Virus record (IMG/VR): IMGVR_UViG_3300027969_000110 | Span: 1 to 61,106 of that record | Direction: 5' to 3' (one strand) | DNA from: a virus | Taxonomy: Duplodnaviria; Caudoviricetes | Length of the DNA: 61,106 bases | Shown here: in pieces, positions 9,608-18,937 of the stretch | How positions within the stretch are numbered: position 1 is the stretch's first letter | How the letters are laid out: each line of letters begins with the position of its first letter | The notes under the pieces: model-generated | Database searches by the model: none | Told to the model about the DNA's origin: nothing | What the model saw: the letters and a program-made list of their open reading frames with translations, nothing else | Translations under genes and position numbers: made by a program

Positions 9608-11092
9608 ATGAGTTCCACCTTTACCCCCAACAAGAACCTCAACAAGCCCGCTCGCGGCGATCTCCCCGGCACATGGGATACTCCCGTCAACTATGACTGG
9701 GACTACATTGATGATGCTTTTGGCGGTTACGTTCTGTTCTCGGCCACCGCAGGCGGCTCCCACACACTCACATCTGGCAAAGATGACCCGTACAGCTATA
9801 TTCCGCTAGTCATAGAAATTGCGGGCGTTCAGAATGCCAATCTCACATATATCATTCCTGCCAATGTTGGCGGCCAATGGATTGTAAAAAATTCAGCTAC
9901 TGATGGGTCTGGTGGCCCCTATACAACTACTTTCACCACCGATACCCCCTTTTCCCCCACTAGTGTTGTGGTAGAGAAGGGCACTTCTAACCATATCTAC
10001 ACAAATCAGGGCAGAGTTTACTCCGTTAGCGCGCCAGTCGTCTCATCAACCTACCAAAATGTTAATAAGCTCATCAACGGCAATATGCTTGTTGACCAGC
10101 GTGGCGCTGGAACGACTCCTGTAACAGGTGCAGGAAGAATATACACAGTTGATCGTTGGTATTCTTATGCCTCTACGTCTGGAAAAATGACTGTTCAGAA
10201 GGTGACAAGTAGCACCTCCGGTTCATCTACGATTGGGTTTCCTTCATACCTTTATGTTGTGCCTACATCCAGTTTTACACCCGGCGCTACTGATACTTAC
10301 GGCGTAGGTCAGATAATCGAAGGGTTGAATATGGCTGATCTTGGCTGGGGATATCCCGGCGCTCAAAGTGTCACGCTTTCCTTTTGGGTTAGCGCACAAG
10401 ATGCAGGAACTTGGGGAGGCTGTATTTCAAATGGAGCGGAAAATTATTACTATCCATTTTCGTACTATACAGTAGGTGGTTGGCAATACATACAACTGAC
10501 AATTCCCGGCCCAACAACCGGAACTTGGTCTATAGACAATAATAAAGGCATGTTCGTTTATTTTTCTGTTGGGACCGGAGCAACTATTTCCGGCACACCG
10601 GGAGCTTGGGTCGCTGCCTCTCGTTTGTCAGCAACTGGTGCCAATTCTATTTTTACAAGCGCCAGTGTTTGGCGCGTAACAGGGGTACAACTTGAAGTTG
10701 GTATTTCAGCAACTCCTTATCAAAATCAAATTTACAGCGATCAGTTAGCTGAATGTCAAAGGTACTATTATAAGACCTACAATCAGAACCAATATGCTGG
10801 CGCGGCCCCATCCGTGACAACCTATCGGGCAAGAGCATATTCTGGAACGGCTGGTTCTGCTTATGCCGCCGCGGTTGTACAATTCCCCGTTCTAATGCGA
10901 ACTACGCCAACTGTAACGCTGTATAACCCCATTACAGGCGGCACTAATAGTTGGTATAATTCAGATGACACTACAAATGCGGTAGCATCTGTTGGAAACG
11001 CTTTGGACAATGCTGTTGCTGTAGAATCGGCTGTCCTAACTCCAAACAACTCTTACTTCTTCCAGATTGTTGCGAACTCGGAGTTTACCTGA
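9608..11092 (+). CDS. Tail fibre/receptor-binding protein
   Basis: N-terminal NLNKPARGD..GTW anchor; NKLINGNM.VDQRG...DRW and GVQLEVG..ATPY...LAECQRYY motifs common in phage tail fibre carbohydrate-binding modules. Confidence 0.7.
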   Translation: MSSTFTPNKNLNKPARGDLPGTWDTPVNYDWDYIDDAFGGYVLFSATAGGSHTLTSGKDDPYSYIPLVIEIAGVQNANLTYIIPANVGGQWIVKNSATDGSGGPYTTTFTTDTPFSPTSVVVEKGTSNHIYTNQGRVYSVSAPVVSSTYQNVNKLINGNMLVDQRGAGTTPVTGAGRIYTVDRWYSYASTSGKMTVQKVTSSTSGSSTIGFPSYLYVVPTSSFTPGATDTYGVGQIIEGLNMADLGWGYPGAQSVTLSFWVSAQDAGTWGGCISNGAENYYYPFSYYTVGGWQYIQLTIPGPTTGTWSIDNNKGMFVYFSVGTGATISGTPGAWVAASRLSATGANSIFTSASVWRVTGVQLEVGISATPYQNQIYSDQLAECQRYYYKTYNQNQYAGAAPSVTTYRARAYSGTAGSAYAAAVVQFPVLMRTTPTVTLYNPITGGTNSWYNSDDTTNAVASVGNALDNAVAVESAVLTPNNSYFFQIVANSEFT

Positions 11093-11094
11093 CC

Positions 11095-11277
11095 ATGATG
11101 ATGCCTCAGTACACTAACGCTCAATATGTGCGCGGCCCATTTGGGGAGGATATCAGCATTAGCTGCGATATTGATGGTGTGGCAAGTTTTGTCCCCATTG
11201 ATCCAGCAAATTCTGATTATCAAAACATCATGGTGCTTGTCGCTGCTGGTGAGTTGGTAATTCTACCGGCTGCATAA
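11095..11277 (+). CDS. Small tail-fibre-associated protein
   Basis: 60 aa, FVPIDPANSDYQ motif, directly after fibre gene. Confidence 0.55.
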   Translation: MMMPQYTNAQYVRGPFGEDISISCDIDGVASFVPIDPANSDYQNIMVLVAAGELVILPAA

Positions 11278-11284
11278 CGAAAGA

Positions 11285-11310
11285 CCCCAGCCTGACTGAA
11301 CGGGCTGGGG
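11285..11310. terminator. Hairpin terminator between convergent operons
   Basis: CCCCAGCC...GGCTGGGG stem at the junction of + and - strand operons. Confidence 0.6.
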
Positions 11311-11369
11311 CAAGTTCGCGTTTAGAGACCAATCAACAGAGACTGAGCTAGAAGTGCCGAGCTTCCTGC

Positions 11370-11654
11370 TCAAAGACCATTCTTTGGCGTTTTCAGTGTC
11401 GCACAAAAGACGGTGGCGTCAAGACTTTTTGGCGCAGGGTGCAAACAAACATATTTTTCACCGGTTTTTGAATCCACTCGACAAGCCAGATAGACCTTCT
11501 GCCTATGCGGCGGCACAGGCGTATAGATCAGATCACCATCGCCGTCTTCATAGCAAAATCCATATGGCTGATCTTCTTCTGGCCTACGCAACCACCCATA
11601 GGACCAGTGCCAACCAGTCGATACAATCTCATCATCCATTTGGCACTCTCCCAA
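11370..11654 (-). CDS. Hypothetical protein
   Basis: ORF at end of tightly packed - strand operon. Confidence 0.45.
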   Translation of the reverse strand: MGECQMDDEIVSTGWHWSYGWLRRPEEDQPYGFCYEDGDGDLIYTPVPPHRQKVYLACRVDSKTGEKYVCLHPAPKSLDATVFCATLKTPKNGL

Positions 11655-11829
11655 ATGTCACGTTCGTATCGGCACGGATGTCTTGGTTTTTCCAGCACCA
11701 GCATTCGCCGTTTGCTTCAAAGCACACCCATATCAGATCATAATCTGGCCCGTAATCAATTAGCACCTGTGCCAAAGCTTTGCCGTTGGGGGTTACTACG
11801 GGCAGCGGGGGGTTGAGTTGCAGCATCAT
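11632..11829 (-). CDS. Hypothetical phage protein
   Basis: 65 aa, MLQLNPPLPVVTPNGKA..LIDYG..LIWVCF; overlaps neighbours. Confidence 0.55.
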   Translation of the reverse strand: MMLQLNPPLPVVTPNGKALAQVLIDYGPDYDLIWVCFEANGECWCWKNQDIRADTNVTFGRVPNG

Positions 11830-12331
11830 TGAGTTTTTCCTTTTGCTTCATGGTGTAGTTTGGAACGCAGCATCTGGCATGGTGTTCAGGACAATACGAG
11901 CTTCCCGTCTTTTTGACAGCATTGCAGAACAGAAAGTCTTTTGCTGCGACACCGCTCACAACATACCGGCAAGACAACGGGCCAAGCTTCATAAACTTCA
12001 CAGGCTGACCTGTCGGCTTCTGTGCCGTCTCCGTCACCAATGGCCGAATGTTTGCGGCAACGCTCTCAACCTGTTTCAACTCCATTTCTTTGAGGCGAGC
12101 TTCCCCTACACGGACGATCTTTCTGTCCATCTTCGTAGCGTTGGCCTTCATCGCAGAAACGCGCCTCTGGAGGCTTTTGTAGCCGATGGCGTGATTGGCG
12201 CGCAGTCTGTGGAGCTTCCCGGCTACGACGTTGCGGGAGACACTTATGGCCTCCGCAATTTCTGTGGCGGTCTTCCCGTCTTCCCACATCTTGATGACTA
12301 GTTTTTCGTTTTCTGTAGCTTTGGAGATCAT
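11756..12331 (-). CDS. gcrA: GcrA-like cell-cycle transcription regulator
   Basis: N-terminal HTH (KMWEDGKTATEIAEAISVSRNVVAGKLHRL) and C-terminal L...SCRY...FLFCN......SYCPEH motif of GcrA; ATG 12331 with AGGA RBS. Confidence 0.85.
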   Translation of the reverse strand: MISKATENEKLVIKMWEDGKTATEIAEAISVSRNVVAGKLHRLRANHAIGYKSLQRRVSAMKANATKMDRKIVRVGEARLKEMELKQVESVAANIRPLVTETAQKPTGQPVKFMKLGPLSCRYVVSGVAAKDFLFCNAVKKTGSSYCPEHHARCCVPNYTMKQKEKLNDAATQPPAARSNPQRQSFGTGAN

Positions 12332-12383
12332 GTTTTTGTTCCTGTGATTGGTGGCGACTGACTGCCAATCGCCACCGTTGATT

Positions 12384-12758
12384 TTACAATCCAGATACCT
12401 CTCTGTCAGCAGCATACCGTGCGGCAATGTCTGCAATTCCATCCTCAAGAGACTTGATGTCAACGGGCGGGGCAGAAGCAGATGGCTGTGCGATCTCCAC
12501 CGGCTGGATCAACTCGCCAGCGAATGCCAGATAGTTAACGCCGTCGATGTAGTGGTCAGGATTACTCCGGTCGTTGTTGAGGCGTGACAGTTTGACAGCA
12601 TGAAGCACAAGCGCCACATCATGGCTCGTCAAATGTATCCCGGTGATGAGGGTTGCAATGTCAGCCACCCTGTCCATTCCGGCTCTCATGTCGCCATACT
12701 TTGGGTTCCGATCATTGAAGGTTTTGGCAGCTTCGTGCATGATATGGCAATAGTCCAT
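12384..12758 (-). CDS. DUF6378-like phage protein
   Basis: DR...YGD, DVALVLHAVKLSR, DHYIDGVNYLAFAGEL motifs. Confidence 0.7.
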   Translation of the reverse strand: MDYCHIMHEAAKTFNDRNPKYGDMRAGMDRVADIATLITGIHLTSHDVALVLHAVKLSRLNNDRSNPDHYIDGVNYLAFAGELIQPVEIAQPSASAPPVDIKSLEDGIADIAARYAADREVSGL

Positions 12759-12769
12759 TGTTGTTCCCC

Positions 12770-13102
12770 TTAGATGTTACGCCCACCGGGCCTGATTGGG
12801 CCGCGCAAGCTTCCTACTCGTTTGTCAGACGGGGGGTCTCGTCTTGGTTCCCCCAACTCTAAGAACTCTACTACTTTGCCGATATGGGCCGTGTTGATGA
12901 TGACATCACCGCGATCTTGCCATGTCCAGTCCTCCGTGTAGCGGTCTTTCAACCGATACCATTGATGCCCAATAACGAACTCATCACGGTTCATCATGTT
13001 GCACATATCTTTGAGTGATTCAGCTTCATGGACATCGACAGTGATTTGCTGGACCAGACTGCCTTCGTAGGCTGGCATGTTCATTGTGATTAAAAACCTC
13101 AC
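12770..13102 (-). CDS. Hypothetical protein
   Basis: GTG start overlapping HNH stop, GGAGAG RBS; MRFLITMNMP. Confidence 0.55.
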   Translation of the reverse strand: MRFLITMNMPAYEGSLVQQITVDVHEAESLKDMCNMMNRDEFVIGHQWYRLKDRYTEDWTWQDRGDVIINTAHIGKVVEFLELGEPRRDPPSDKRVGSLRGPIRPGGRNI

Positions 13103-13452
13103 GGCTCTCTCCTTACTACTGTGCCATCCATCTTTCGCTTCCATTGTGATCCCCTACTACCGGGGATTGGATTCTTGGATTTTGGCTTTGCTCCAATGTG
13201 GTTTTGATGAACACGCTTAACCTTAGCGATCAGGGGCATGTCAACAGTGCTAGTATGAACCCGGTGGCACTTGCGATGAGCAACGAACCAATTAGTTGCA
13301 TCGTCTTTGCCGCCAGCTTCAAGAGGTATATCGTGACTGACATCCCACTCTTCGCCGGGGACGACTTTCATGTTGCAAAGATGGCATGTGCCACCCCGCG
13401 ACAGGAATATGTCGGCCCGGCCCTTTGCTGTTATGCGGACGCGCTTTATCAA
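13099..13452 (-). CDS. HNH endonuclease
   Basis: CHLC...HDIPLEAGGKDDATN..VAHRKCH. Confidence 0.8.
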   Translation of the reverse strand: MIKRVRITAKGRADIFLSRGGTCHLCNMKVVPGEEWDVSHDIPLEAGGKDDATNWFVAHRKCHRVHTSTVDMPLIAKVKRVHQNHIGAKPKSKNPIPGSRGSQWKRKMDGTVVRREP

Positions 13453-13775
13453 TGCTTTGGCCCCGCCTCTTCTGGCTCGTCTTCTTCCTCACCATCTTCT
13501 TCTGACTGCTGCTTTTCTACCTGCTTGTCGATAGCCTCAACCAGCGTATGACTAATGCGAGCGACGTAAGCCATAGCCTCACCAAAGTCGTCTGACTCTT
13601 CCAAGATGGTCTTGGCAAGACACATATTTAACAGGCTCATTTTGACAGCAAACTCATGCTCCCCTAACAAGCCGTCAATCTTTGTATGAAGGTCAGCTAC
13701 TTCCTTTGCCTTCTTGAGGACTTCTGTGATCTTTTCCAGCACTTCATCAAGAGTGTCTTTTAGCTGCTCGCTCAT
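13449..13775 (-). CDS. Hypothetical acidic helical protein
   Basis: 108 aa coupled ORF with acidic tail. Confidence 0.55.
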   Translation of the reverse strand: MSEQLKDTLDEVLEKITEVLKKAKEVADLHTKIDGLLGEHEFAVKMSLLNMCLAKTILEESDDFGEAMAYVARISHTLVEAIDKQVEKQQSEEDGEEEDEPEEAGPKH

Positions 13776-13776
13776 G

Positions 13777-14094
13777 TCATAACCTCATTTCTGCTCTGCG
13801 TGACGCCTCTACGGACTGCCACTCGTGGAACTTCATCCTGATGTATTCCAACTTCACTTTTAGCAGAGCCGCTTTTTCCCGCGCCTCCACCATCTTCGTT
13901 ACGAACTCACGCCAGTCGTCGGACCCCTTAACTTGCATTTCTGCCCGGCTAACTGGCATGTCACCACAGGCTAACATCATACGCGCCAGCACTGCGGATT
14001 TAGTTTCTTCCAAAAGGTTAGCAGCGGAGTCGGCGTCAACCCAAGCCTTTGCCACCACACGGTATTGCTCAGAGATTGGGATGTCGTGGTCCAT
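13777..14094 (-). CDS. Conserved phage coiled-coil protein (recombination region)
   Basis: 105 aa helical; strong RBS; in recombination operon. Confidence 0.55.
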   Translation of the reverse strand: MDHDIPISEQYRVVAKAWVDADSAANLLEETKSAVLARMMLACGDMPVSRAEMQVKGSDDWREFVTKMVEAREKAALLKVKLEYIRMKFHEWQSVEASRRAEMRL

Positions 14095-14095
14095 A

Positions 14096-14575
14096 CTATT
14101 CCCCTTTCAGTACAGAAGCGTTTCTCATGTCGATGAAGGCGCTTGATCTGACTGCCGTGCCACCATTGACAGTTGCTTGCATTTTCACTGGTCGAATGTG
14201 CATGTCACACAGCCATCCAGTTTTTGGCTCCCAAAGCTTTTGATACAGAAGCGTATCTTCTGGCACGATATAGAGAAAACCAATGAGGGGAACTGACAGC
14301 CCGGAAGCAATGTCAGCACACTTTACCAGCTTCTCATATGTGAACATCCATTTGCTCTCAAATCTGCCCCGAAACTCTGCCATGGCATATTCACGGCATT
14401 TTGTTTCAACGACACCTTTGATGACATTATCAACGCTTAAGACGGCATCGACAATTGCAGGATTGTCCTTTGGGGTCTGGACGTAGGAATACGCCGGGAA
14501 GTGCTTTGCCCAGATAGCTGCGGCCCGCTCTTCCTGTTGGCGCGTTACCTGTCCTTTGGGGGTTAAAACGTCCAC
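14096..14575 (-). CDS. PD-(D/E)XK-type nuclease-like protein
   Basis: IVDAVL......VVETKCR catalytic-like motif. Confidence 0.5.
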   Translation of the reverse strand: MDVLTPKGQVTRQQEERAAAIWAKHFPAYSYVQTPKDNPAIVDAVLSVDNVIKGVVETKCREYAMAEFRGRFESKWMFTYEKLVKCADIASGLSVPLIGFLYIVPEDTLLYQKLWEPKTGWLCDMHIRPVKMQATVNGGTAVRSSAFIDMRNASVLKGE

Positions 14576-14584
14576 TAGAACGCC

Positions 14585-14833
14585 TCAAAAAGGTATCGAA
14601 TCGTCATCAAGATCGTAGGATGTCGCCTTCGATGCTTGAATGGTTGGTGCTTCCTTCCGCTTAAATGACATGCTGATCCACTTTTCCCCATTGTCACGGG
14701 TCTTGGTCCAACCGCTCACCCAATACTCGACACCATCGACAAGCGCATTGCCCGTCAGGTTGGCAGACTTGTCGCTCATGGGCTTCTGGTTCTTGAAGAG
14801 CGCACCGCTCAAGTCGCGTTTCTCAAATGCCAT
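14585..14833 (-). CDS. Short single-stranded DNA-binding protein (OB-like)
   Basis: SGALFKN, EYWVSGW, acidic DDDSIPF C-terminus typical of SSB tails; next to exonuclease/ERF. Confidence 0.7.
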   Translation of the reverse strand: MAFEKRDLSGALFKNQKPMSDKSANLTGNALVDGVEYWVSGWTKTRDNGEKWISMSFKRKEAPTIQASKATSYDLDDDSIPF

Positions 14834-15440
14834 CGTACTTGTCCTTTAGCTTGCGGAGCTTGTCTTCCAATTCACTAAGGAAGCTCATCACTTCCCGTTC
14901 TAGTTCTGCGATGAAAGCATCATCACGGGGCACACGCTTGACGAACAAGCGCATGTTCTCTGAGAGGCGCGGGTCGTATGACAGGAAGTCACACCATTTG
15001 CGGCCTGTACACGCCATCTGCCACTGCATCTGGATGATATACTTAGATGGCACAGCATCCGACAGGAGGGTGTCGATGTGGGTTGCTGTTTGAGGGCACT
15101 TAATCTCAATAAGCCCATCATCATCCACAAGCCCGTCAGGAGACGCGCCAGACATGTGAATGACTCTATGGGGGACGAACCCGGCTTCGACAACCAAAGC
15201 GCCTACAGCACTCTCGTAGGCAGAACGCGCCATCGGTTCGGTGTCGATGCCGTGTTGCATAGCCGCAGATGTATAGCCTTCTGTCGGCATTCCCGTAAGC
15301 CGTTCACAAATCAGCTCTGCCATATAGTTAGCCCGAGACGCACCATATCCAGATTTTGTTTTTGCGATTACATCGGCAACACGAGAAGCTGTCACTTTCC
15401 CGCATCTAGCCAATTTCCATTCAGATGTTCCCTGTTCCAC
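14823..15440 (-). CDS. YqaJ/lambda-type exonuclease
   Basis: MEQGTSEWKLARCGKVTAS, GASPDGLV, IEIKCP, QMQWQMAC. Confidence 0.9.
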   Translation of the reverse strand: MEQGTSEWKLARCGKVTASRVADVIAKTKSGYGASRANYMAELICERLTGMPTEGYTSAAMQHGIDTEPMARSAYESAVGALVVEAGFVPHRVIHMSGASPDGLVDDDGLIEIKCPQTATHIDTLLSDAVPSKYIIQMQWQMACTGRKWCDFLSYDPRLSENMRLFVKRVPRDDAFIAELEREVMSFLSELEDKLRKLKDKYDGI

Positions 15441-15900
15441 TTTTTGCCTCCTTTAGATAAATCTGACTTACTGTTCCAAAACTGATCCCATACACGCTTG
15501 CCAGTTCCTGCAATTTTTTGCCGGAATCCCTTAGCCTTATAAGGTCTTTAACCTGATCGCTCGTAAGCTTTGAATTATGGTGCAAGTCTCTTGAAACTAT
15601 GGGCTTCCGGCCTTTCTTCACCATGTCGGCGGTGTTATCTTTCGGCGTCCCCAAAAAAAGATGGTCAGGGTTTACGCATCTTGGAACATCGCATGTATGG
15701 CATACAAGCATTCCATCAGGTATTGGCCCGACAAAACACTCGTATGCCATACGATGGACGCGCTTCTGCTTGCGGCCCACCCCCATCACCCCATACCCAT
15801 CGTTCCCACAGCATCCGCTCCAAAGCCAGCAGGCTCCCCCTTCTTTGGAAACTTTCTCTATGATGCGGATAGGTATAGGGATTCTTTTAGGTGCCATCAC
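15421..15900 (-). CDS. HNH homing endonuclease (HNH_3) with C-terminal HTH
   Basis: CWLW, VHRMAYE, VCHTCDVPRCVNPDHLFLGT..DN; inserted between ERF and exonuclease. Confidence 0.85.
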   Translation of the reverse strand: MMAPKRIPIPIRIIEKVSKEGGACWLWSGCCGNDGYGVMGVGRKQKRVHRMAYECFVGPIPDGMLVCHTCDVPRCVNPDHLFLGTPKDNTADMVKKGRKPIVSRDLHHNSKLTSDQVKDLIRLRDSGKKLQELASVYGISFGTVSQIYLKEAKSGTGNI

Positions 15901-16520
15901 TCTAGTTCCTTCTTAGCTGCATCTGCGTCAGCAGCAATCTTCTTCAAATCAGCCACAGCATCCGCATCAAAGACGGAACGCTGGTCTGCATCCAGAGAGC
16001 GCCACTTAGATGTCAGCGCCTCTAGCCCCTGTTCAGCAACGGACTGCATGAGTGCAGCCAGTTCTGTGATTTCCTTTTTGCTCATCTTTGGCGTAGTCGG
16101 TTCAGCTTTCTTTGCTGGCTGGGCCGGGGCCTTCTCGACGGCAGCGTTGCCATCATCATCGACGGCGGCAAGACACAAGATCGACATGAGGCCATAGCGA
16201 CGGCCATAGGTAATGCCAGAACCAATGCCATGAGCATCAAACTTCGAGACAGGTATCTCCAGCGTCTCAGAGACAAACTCACCGGATTTATGCACCAAGA
16301 TCGTTTCGACTTCGACATAGCCGGGGCGAGTTCGGGGAAGCTGCATAATAGCCAGATCATTGACTGCCAGAGGCTCCCGAATCACTGCGCGGTATGCAGC
16401 AAGATCAGCGTATTTGGAGCGGAAGGCCGGGTTGATGCCGTCCTTCGTAGCATCCTCAATCTGGCCCTGCGCTTTGGATAGAGCGACGGCAAGCTCTGCG
16501 ATATTTTCACTCATTTTCAT
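15897..16520 (-). CDS. erf: ERF-family single-strand annealing protein
   Basis: NPAFRSKYADL, HKSGE, GSGITYGRRYGL, DDDGNAA. Confidence 0.9.
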   Translation of the reverse strand: MKMSENIAELAVALSKAQGQIEDATKDGINPAFRSKYADLAAYRAVIREPLAVNDLAIMQLPRTRPGYVEVETILVHKSGEFVSETLEIPVSKFDAHGIGSGITYGRRYGLMSILCLAAVDDDGNAAVEKAPAQPAKKAEPTTPKMSKKEITELAALMQSVAEQGLEALTSKWRSLDADQRSVFDADAVADLKKIAADADAAKKELE

Positions 16521-16534
16521 CGGTTCGTCTCCTG

Positions 16535-16828
16535 TTAGGACCACATGCCTTCACGGGCGCAGTCATCGAATATGTCATCCATCAGCTTCTTGTCTTTGTG
16601 GAAAAACTTCTGAATTTCCAGACAGTTGGGGTCTTTATGCTTGAGGTTAGAAGCGAAGTGATAGCCGCCTGTGCGGCCTGTGGTTTCGTTGCGGGCATTC
16701 AGATCGAAGCCCCAGACATAGGGAAGATCGTCTGTCTCGTCTATTTCGATGTAGAGAATGCCGGAAACAAACAGGTGATCCGGCAGTTCGTAGTCCTCTA
16801 TCCTGTATTCAATCGGTATCAGTTTCAT
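16535..16828 (-). CDS. Hypothetical protein
   Basis: ATG 16828 with GGAG RBS; first gene of the leftward operon. Confidence 0.55.
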   Translation of the reverse strand: MKLIPIEYRIEDYELPDHLFVSGILYIEIDETDDLPYVWGFDLNARNETTGRTGGYHFASNLKHKDPNCLEIQKFFHKDKKLMDDIFDDCAREGMWS

Positions 16829-16855
16829 TTCTCTTCTCCCGTAGTAGGGTTCCCC

Positions 16856-16921
16856 ATACATACTCTCTTGGCTGAACAAGTCAACCCCCTACTTGACTTC
16901 TGTTGAAAACACCGGCATGGT
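16856..16921. promoter_or_regulatory. Back-to-back sigma70-like promoters
   Basis: TTGACT-N17-CATGGT on + (16893-16921) and TTGACT on - (16879-16884); inverted repeat AAGTCAA...TTGACTT between divergent operons. Confidence 0.55.
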
Positions 16922-16927
16922 TAGCCC

Positions 16928-17296
16928 ATGAGACTAGATAGAGACGCATCCCTAATGGAAGTCCTTCGCCGTTTTGGTACAGCCAAATCGCTTGCGGAGA
17001 AGCTTGGCATCACAAATCGGGCAGTCGCAAATTGGAAGATGATTCCAGCCAAGCATGTGAAATACATCGCTATCACTACTGGGATGCACCCCTATCGAAT
17101 CCGTCCAGACCTTTACATAGAAGGCTTCTGGAACCTCCAAATGAACACAGCCGACATAGCTACGGAAATGAAGCTTCCAGAGCCAGAGGTATGCCGTTAT
17201 CTTGCCATGGTGATCGCTCGCAGAAGGACTTCAAGCAGTGATAGTACTATCGCTTCCCTTCCCCCCGTCAGTGAACCGCCTATGGAGAGCGACTAA
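16928..17296 (+). CDS. Cro/YdaS-like HTH regulator
   Basis: FGTAKSLAEKLGITNRAVANWK.IP...IRPDLY. Confidence 0.8.
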   Translation: MRLDRDASLMEVLRRFGTAKSLAEKLGITNRAVANWKMIPAKHVKYIAITTGMHPYRIRPDLYIEGFWNLQMNTADIATEMKLPEPEVCRYLAMVIARRRTSSSDSTIASLPPVSEPPMESD

Positions 17297-17627
17297 GGGA
17301 GGGGGCGTCTACAGGTCTCCCAAGTATGTGGCATGGCGTAAAGCCGCTATGTGGCAGTTGGCAGGACAGGCGAAAGGTAAGAAGGTCATTGGCGCGTACA
17401 AGCTAACGATCTTGGCAGTTCGCCCCGACAAGAGAAAACGTGATTTAGGAAATCTGGAGAAGGCAATAAGCGACATTCTGGTGAGCCAAAACATCATACA
17501 GGATGACTGCTTATGTGAATGGATGGAAATGAAATGGGTCGATGAAGGCCCAGAGTGTCAGGTGACAATACAAACGATGGAAGAGGTGCCCAATGAGAAC
17601 GAAGAACTACTACGAAGCTCAGAATGA
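17238..17627 (+). CDS. rusA: RusA-like Holliday junction resolvase
   Basis: LPFPPSVN, PDKRKRDLGNLEKAISD, IQDD. Confidence 0.85.
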   Translation: MIVLSLPFPPSVNRLWRATKGGGVYRSPKYVAWRKAAMWQLAGQAKGKKVIGAYKLTILAVRPDKRKRDLGNLEKAISDILVSQNIIQDDCLCEWMEMKWVDEGPECQVTIQTMEEVPNENEELLRSSE

Positions 17628-17787
17628 CAGGTGGTATGAGCATTACCTTAACAGTGAAAAGCTTCTTAGCGAAATGGAAGACACTCTGCGAGCCGTCGAA
17701 GCTTTGGCACTGGAAAACATCACCGACGAAACAATACGCGCCAAGATTGTGAAGATGGTCGATGACATTTGGAGGGGGAAACGCTGA
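17593..17787 (+). CDS. Hypothetical protein
   Basis: 64 aa with GAGGTG RBS. Confidence 0.5.
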   Translation: MRTKNYYEAQNDRWYEHYLNSEKLLSEMEDTLRAVEALALENITDETIRAKIVKMVDDIWRGKR

Positions 17788-17788
17788 C

Positions 17789-18172
17789 ATGGATCACTCT
17801 AGCCGCACGGATCACCTGTATGAGCGCATATCCATTTTGGAAGAAGAACTTCGCCAACTTCGAGAAGCTATAGCTCCCGCTGATAATCCGTTCCTTCGCA
17901 TACTGCCACGCCAACACGCTGCTCTGTTGATGGGCCTCTATAGCAGGCGCACAGCTACCTACGCCCTTCTTGATGCCATTGGTTCGGAGACAGGCCGTTT
18001 GGGCAGAGGTGAAGGTGAGGACTACGCCCACCATAGGGTCAAAGTAGCGATGCACAAATTGCGAAAGAAACTGCGTGAGCATGGCATAGAGTTCTACACG
18101 ATCACTGGCATTGGCTACTATCTGGACGACGAGAACAGAACGAAAGTTGAAATGTTGATGGGGGAAGAATGA
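17789..18172 (+). CDS. OmpR/CtrA-type winged-helix DNA-binding protein without receiver domain
   Basis: Coiled coil (RISILEEELRQLRE) then VKVAMHKLRKKL...EFYTITGIGYYL, the Trans_reg_C recognition helix and wing. Confidence 0.75.
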   Translation: MDHSSRTDHLYERISILEEELRQLREAIAPADNPFLRILPRQHAALLMGLYSRRTATYALLDAIGSETGRLGRGEGEDYAHHRVKVAMHKLRKKLREHGIEFYTITGIGYYLDDENRTKVEMLMGEE

Positions 18173-18303
18173 TGGATTACCTTAAGGTGCTGGGCCAACT
18201 GATCTTCATTATCTGGGCGCTGTTTATGATAGGCGGAACAGTGGTTATTTTCACTTACATGATGTGGCATGTGCTGCGTGACATCTATAAAGGGGAATGG
18301 TGA
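18169..18303 (+). CDS. Small membrane protein (44 aa)
   Basis: MMDYLKVLGQLIFIIWALFMIGGTVVIFTY..., coupled to both neighbours; below ORF track cutoff. Confidence 0.5.
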   Translation: MMDYLKVLGQLIFIIWALFMIGGTVVIFTYMMWHVLRDIYKGEW

Positions 18304-18590
18304 TGGGAACGATTAAGCAGCACATACCAAACTTCGTGTCTGGATTTGATCCGGTAACGACGGAATTTGAAACACTTGATGAATTGCTAAATCTAGATTT
18401 TGTGAAAAGATTTAATGATGGAGATCATAGCTTCTATCGGTTCAGCGTTAATGATTATTCTACGCGAGTACATTTGATGGCAGAGTACGACGAAGGAAGG
18501 AAATGGTGGGTCGTCGGGTACATCTATGGAATCGCAAAAGACGACATTGGCCTTCCGCAATGGAAGCCTAACAAAGAGGAAAAGAAATGA
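18297..18590 (+). CDS. Hypothetical protein
   Basis: Coupled ORF, lower GC. Confidence 0.5.
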   Translation: MVMGTIKQHIPNFVSGFDPVTTEFETLDELLNLDFVKRFNDGDHSFYRFSVNDYSTRVHLMAEYDEGRKWWVVGYIYGIAKDDIGLPQWKPNKEEKK

Positions 18591-18937
18591 TCGACATAAC
18601 TAAAATGTACAGCACCCGCAATGGTCTAAAAGTTCGCATTTATGCGGTAGATGGGCAGGGCAAAAAGTCTATTCACGGCGCTTACTGGGATGGCTTCGTA
18701 GAAGGGTGGATCTCACTTTCTTGGACGAAATATGGAAAGGTAGATCTCTATCAGGAAATCCAGCCTTTAGACCTCATCGAAGTCCGCCCCCGCCACAAGC
18801 GGACGGTGTGGGTGAATGTGTATGACGACACATGCCGCACCGCTGACAGCAAACAAAGTGCTGACGCATATGCTACGGCAAACCGCATCGCCTGCATCAA
18901 AGTCGAACTGGATTTTGCCGAAGGAGACGGGCTATGA
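18587..18937 (+). CDS. Hypothetical phage protein
   Basis: YSTRNG.KVRIYAVDG...DLIEVRPRHKRTVWVNVY. Confidence 0.55.
   Translation: MIDITKMYSTRNGLKVRIYAVDGQGKKSIHGAYWDGFVEGWISLSWTKYGKVDLYQEIQPLDLIEVRPRHKRTVWVNVYDDTCRTADSKQSADAYATANRIACIKVELDFAEGDGL

Noticed and set aside
9608-11092. Diversity-generating retroelement target in fibre genes
   Set aside because: No reverse transcriptase and no template/variable repeat pair seen.
16830-17296. Lysogeny switch
   Set aside because: A Cro-like gene and divergent promoters are present, but the opposing gene is not a CI-like repressor and no integrase was found.
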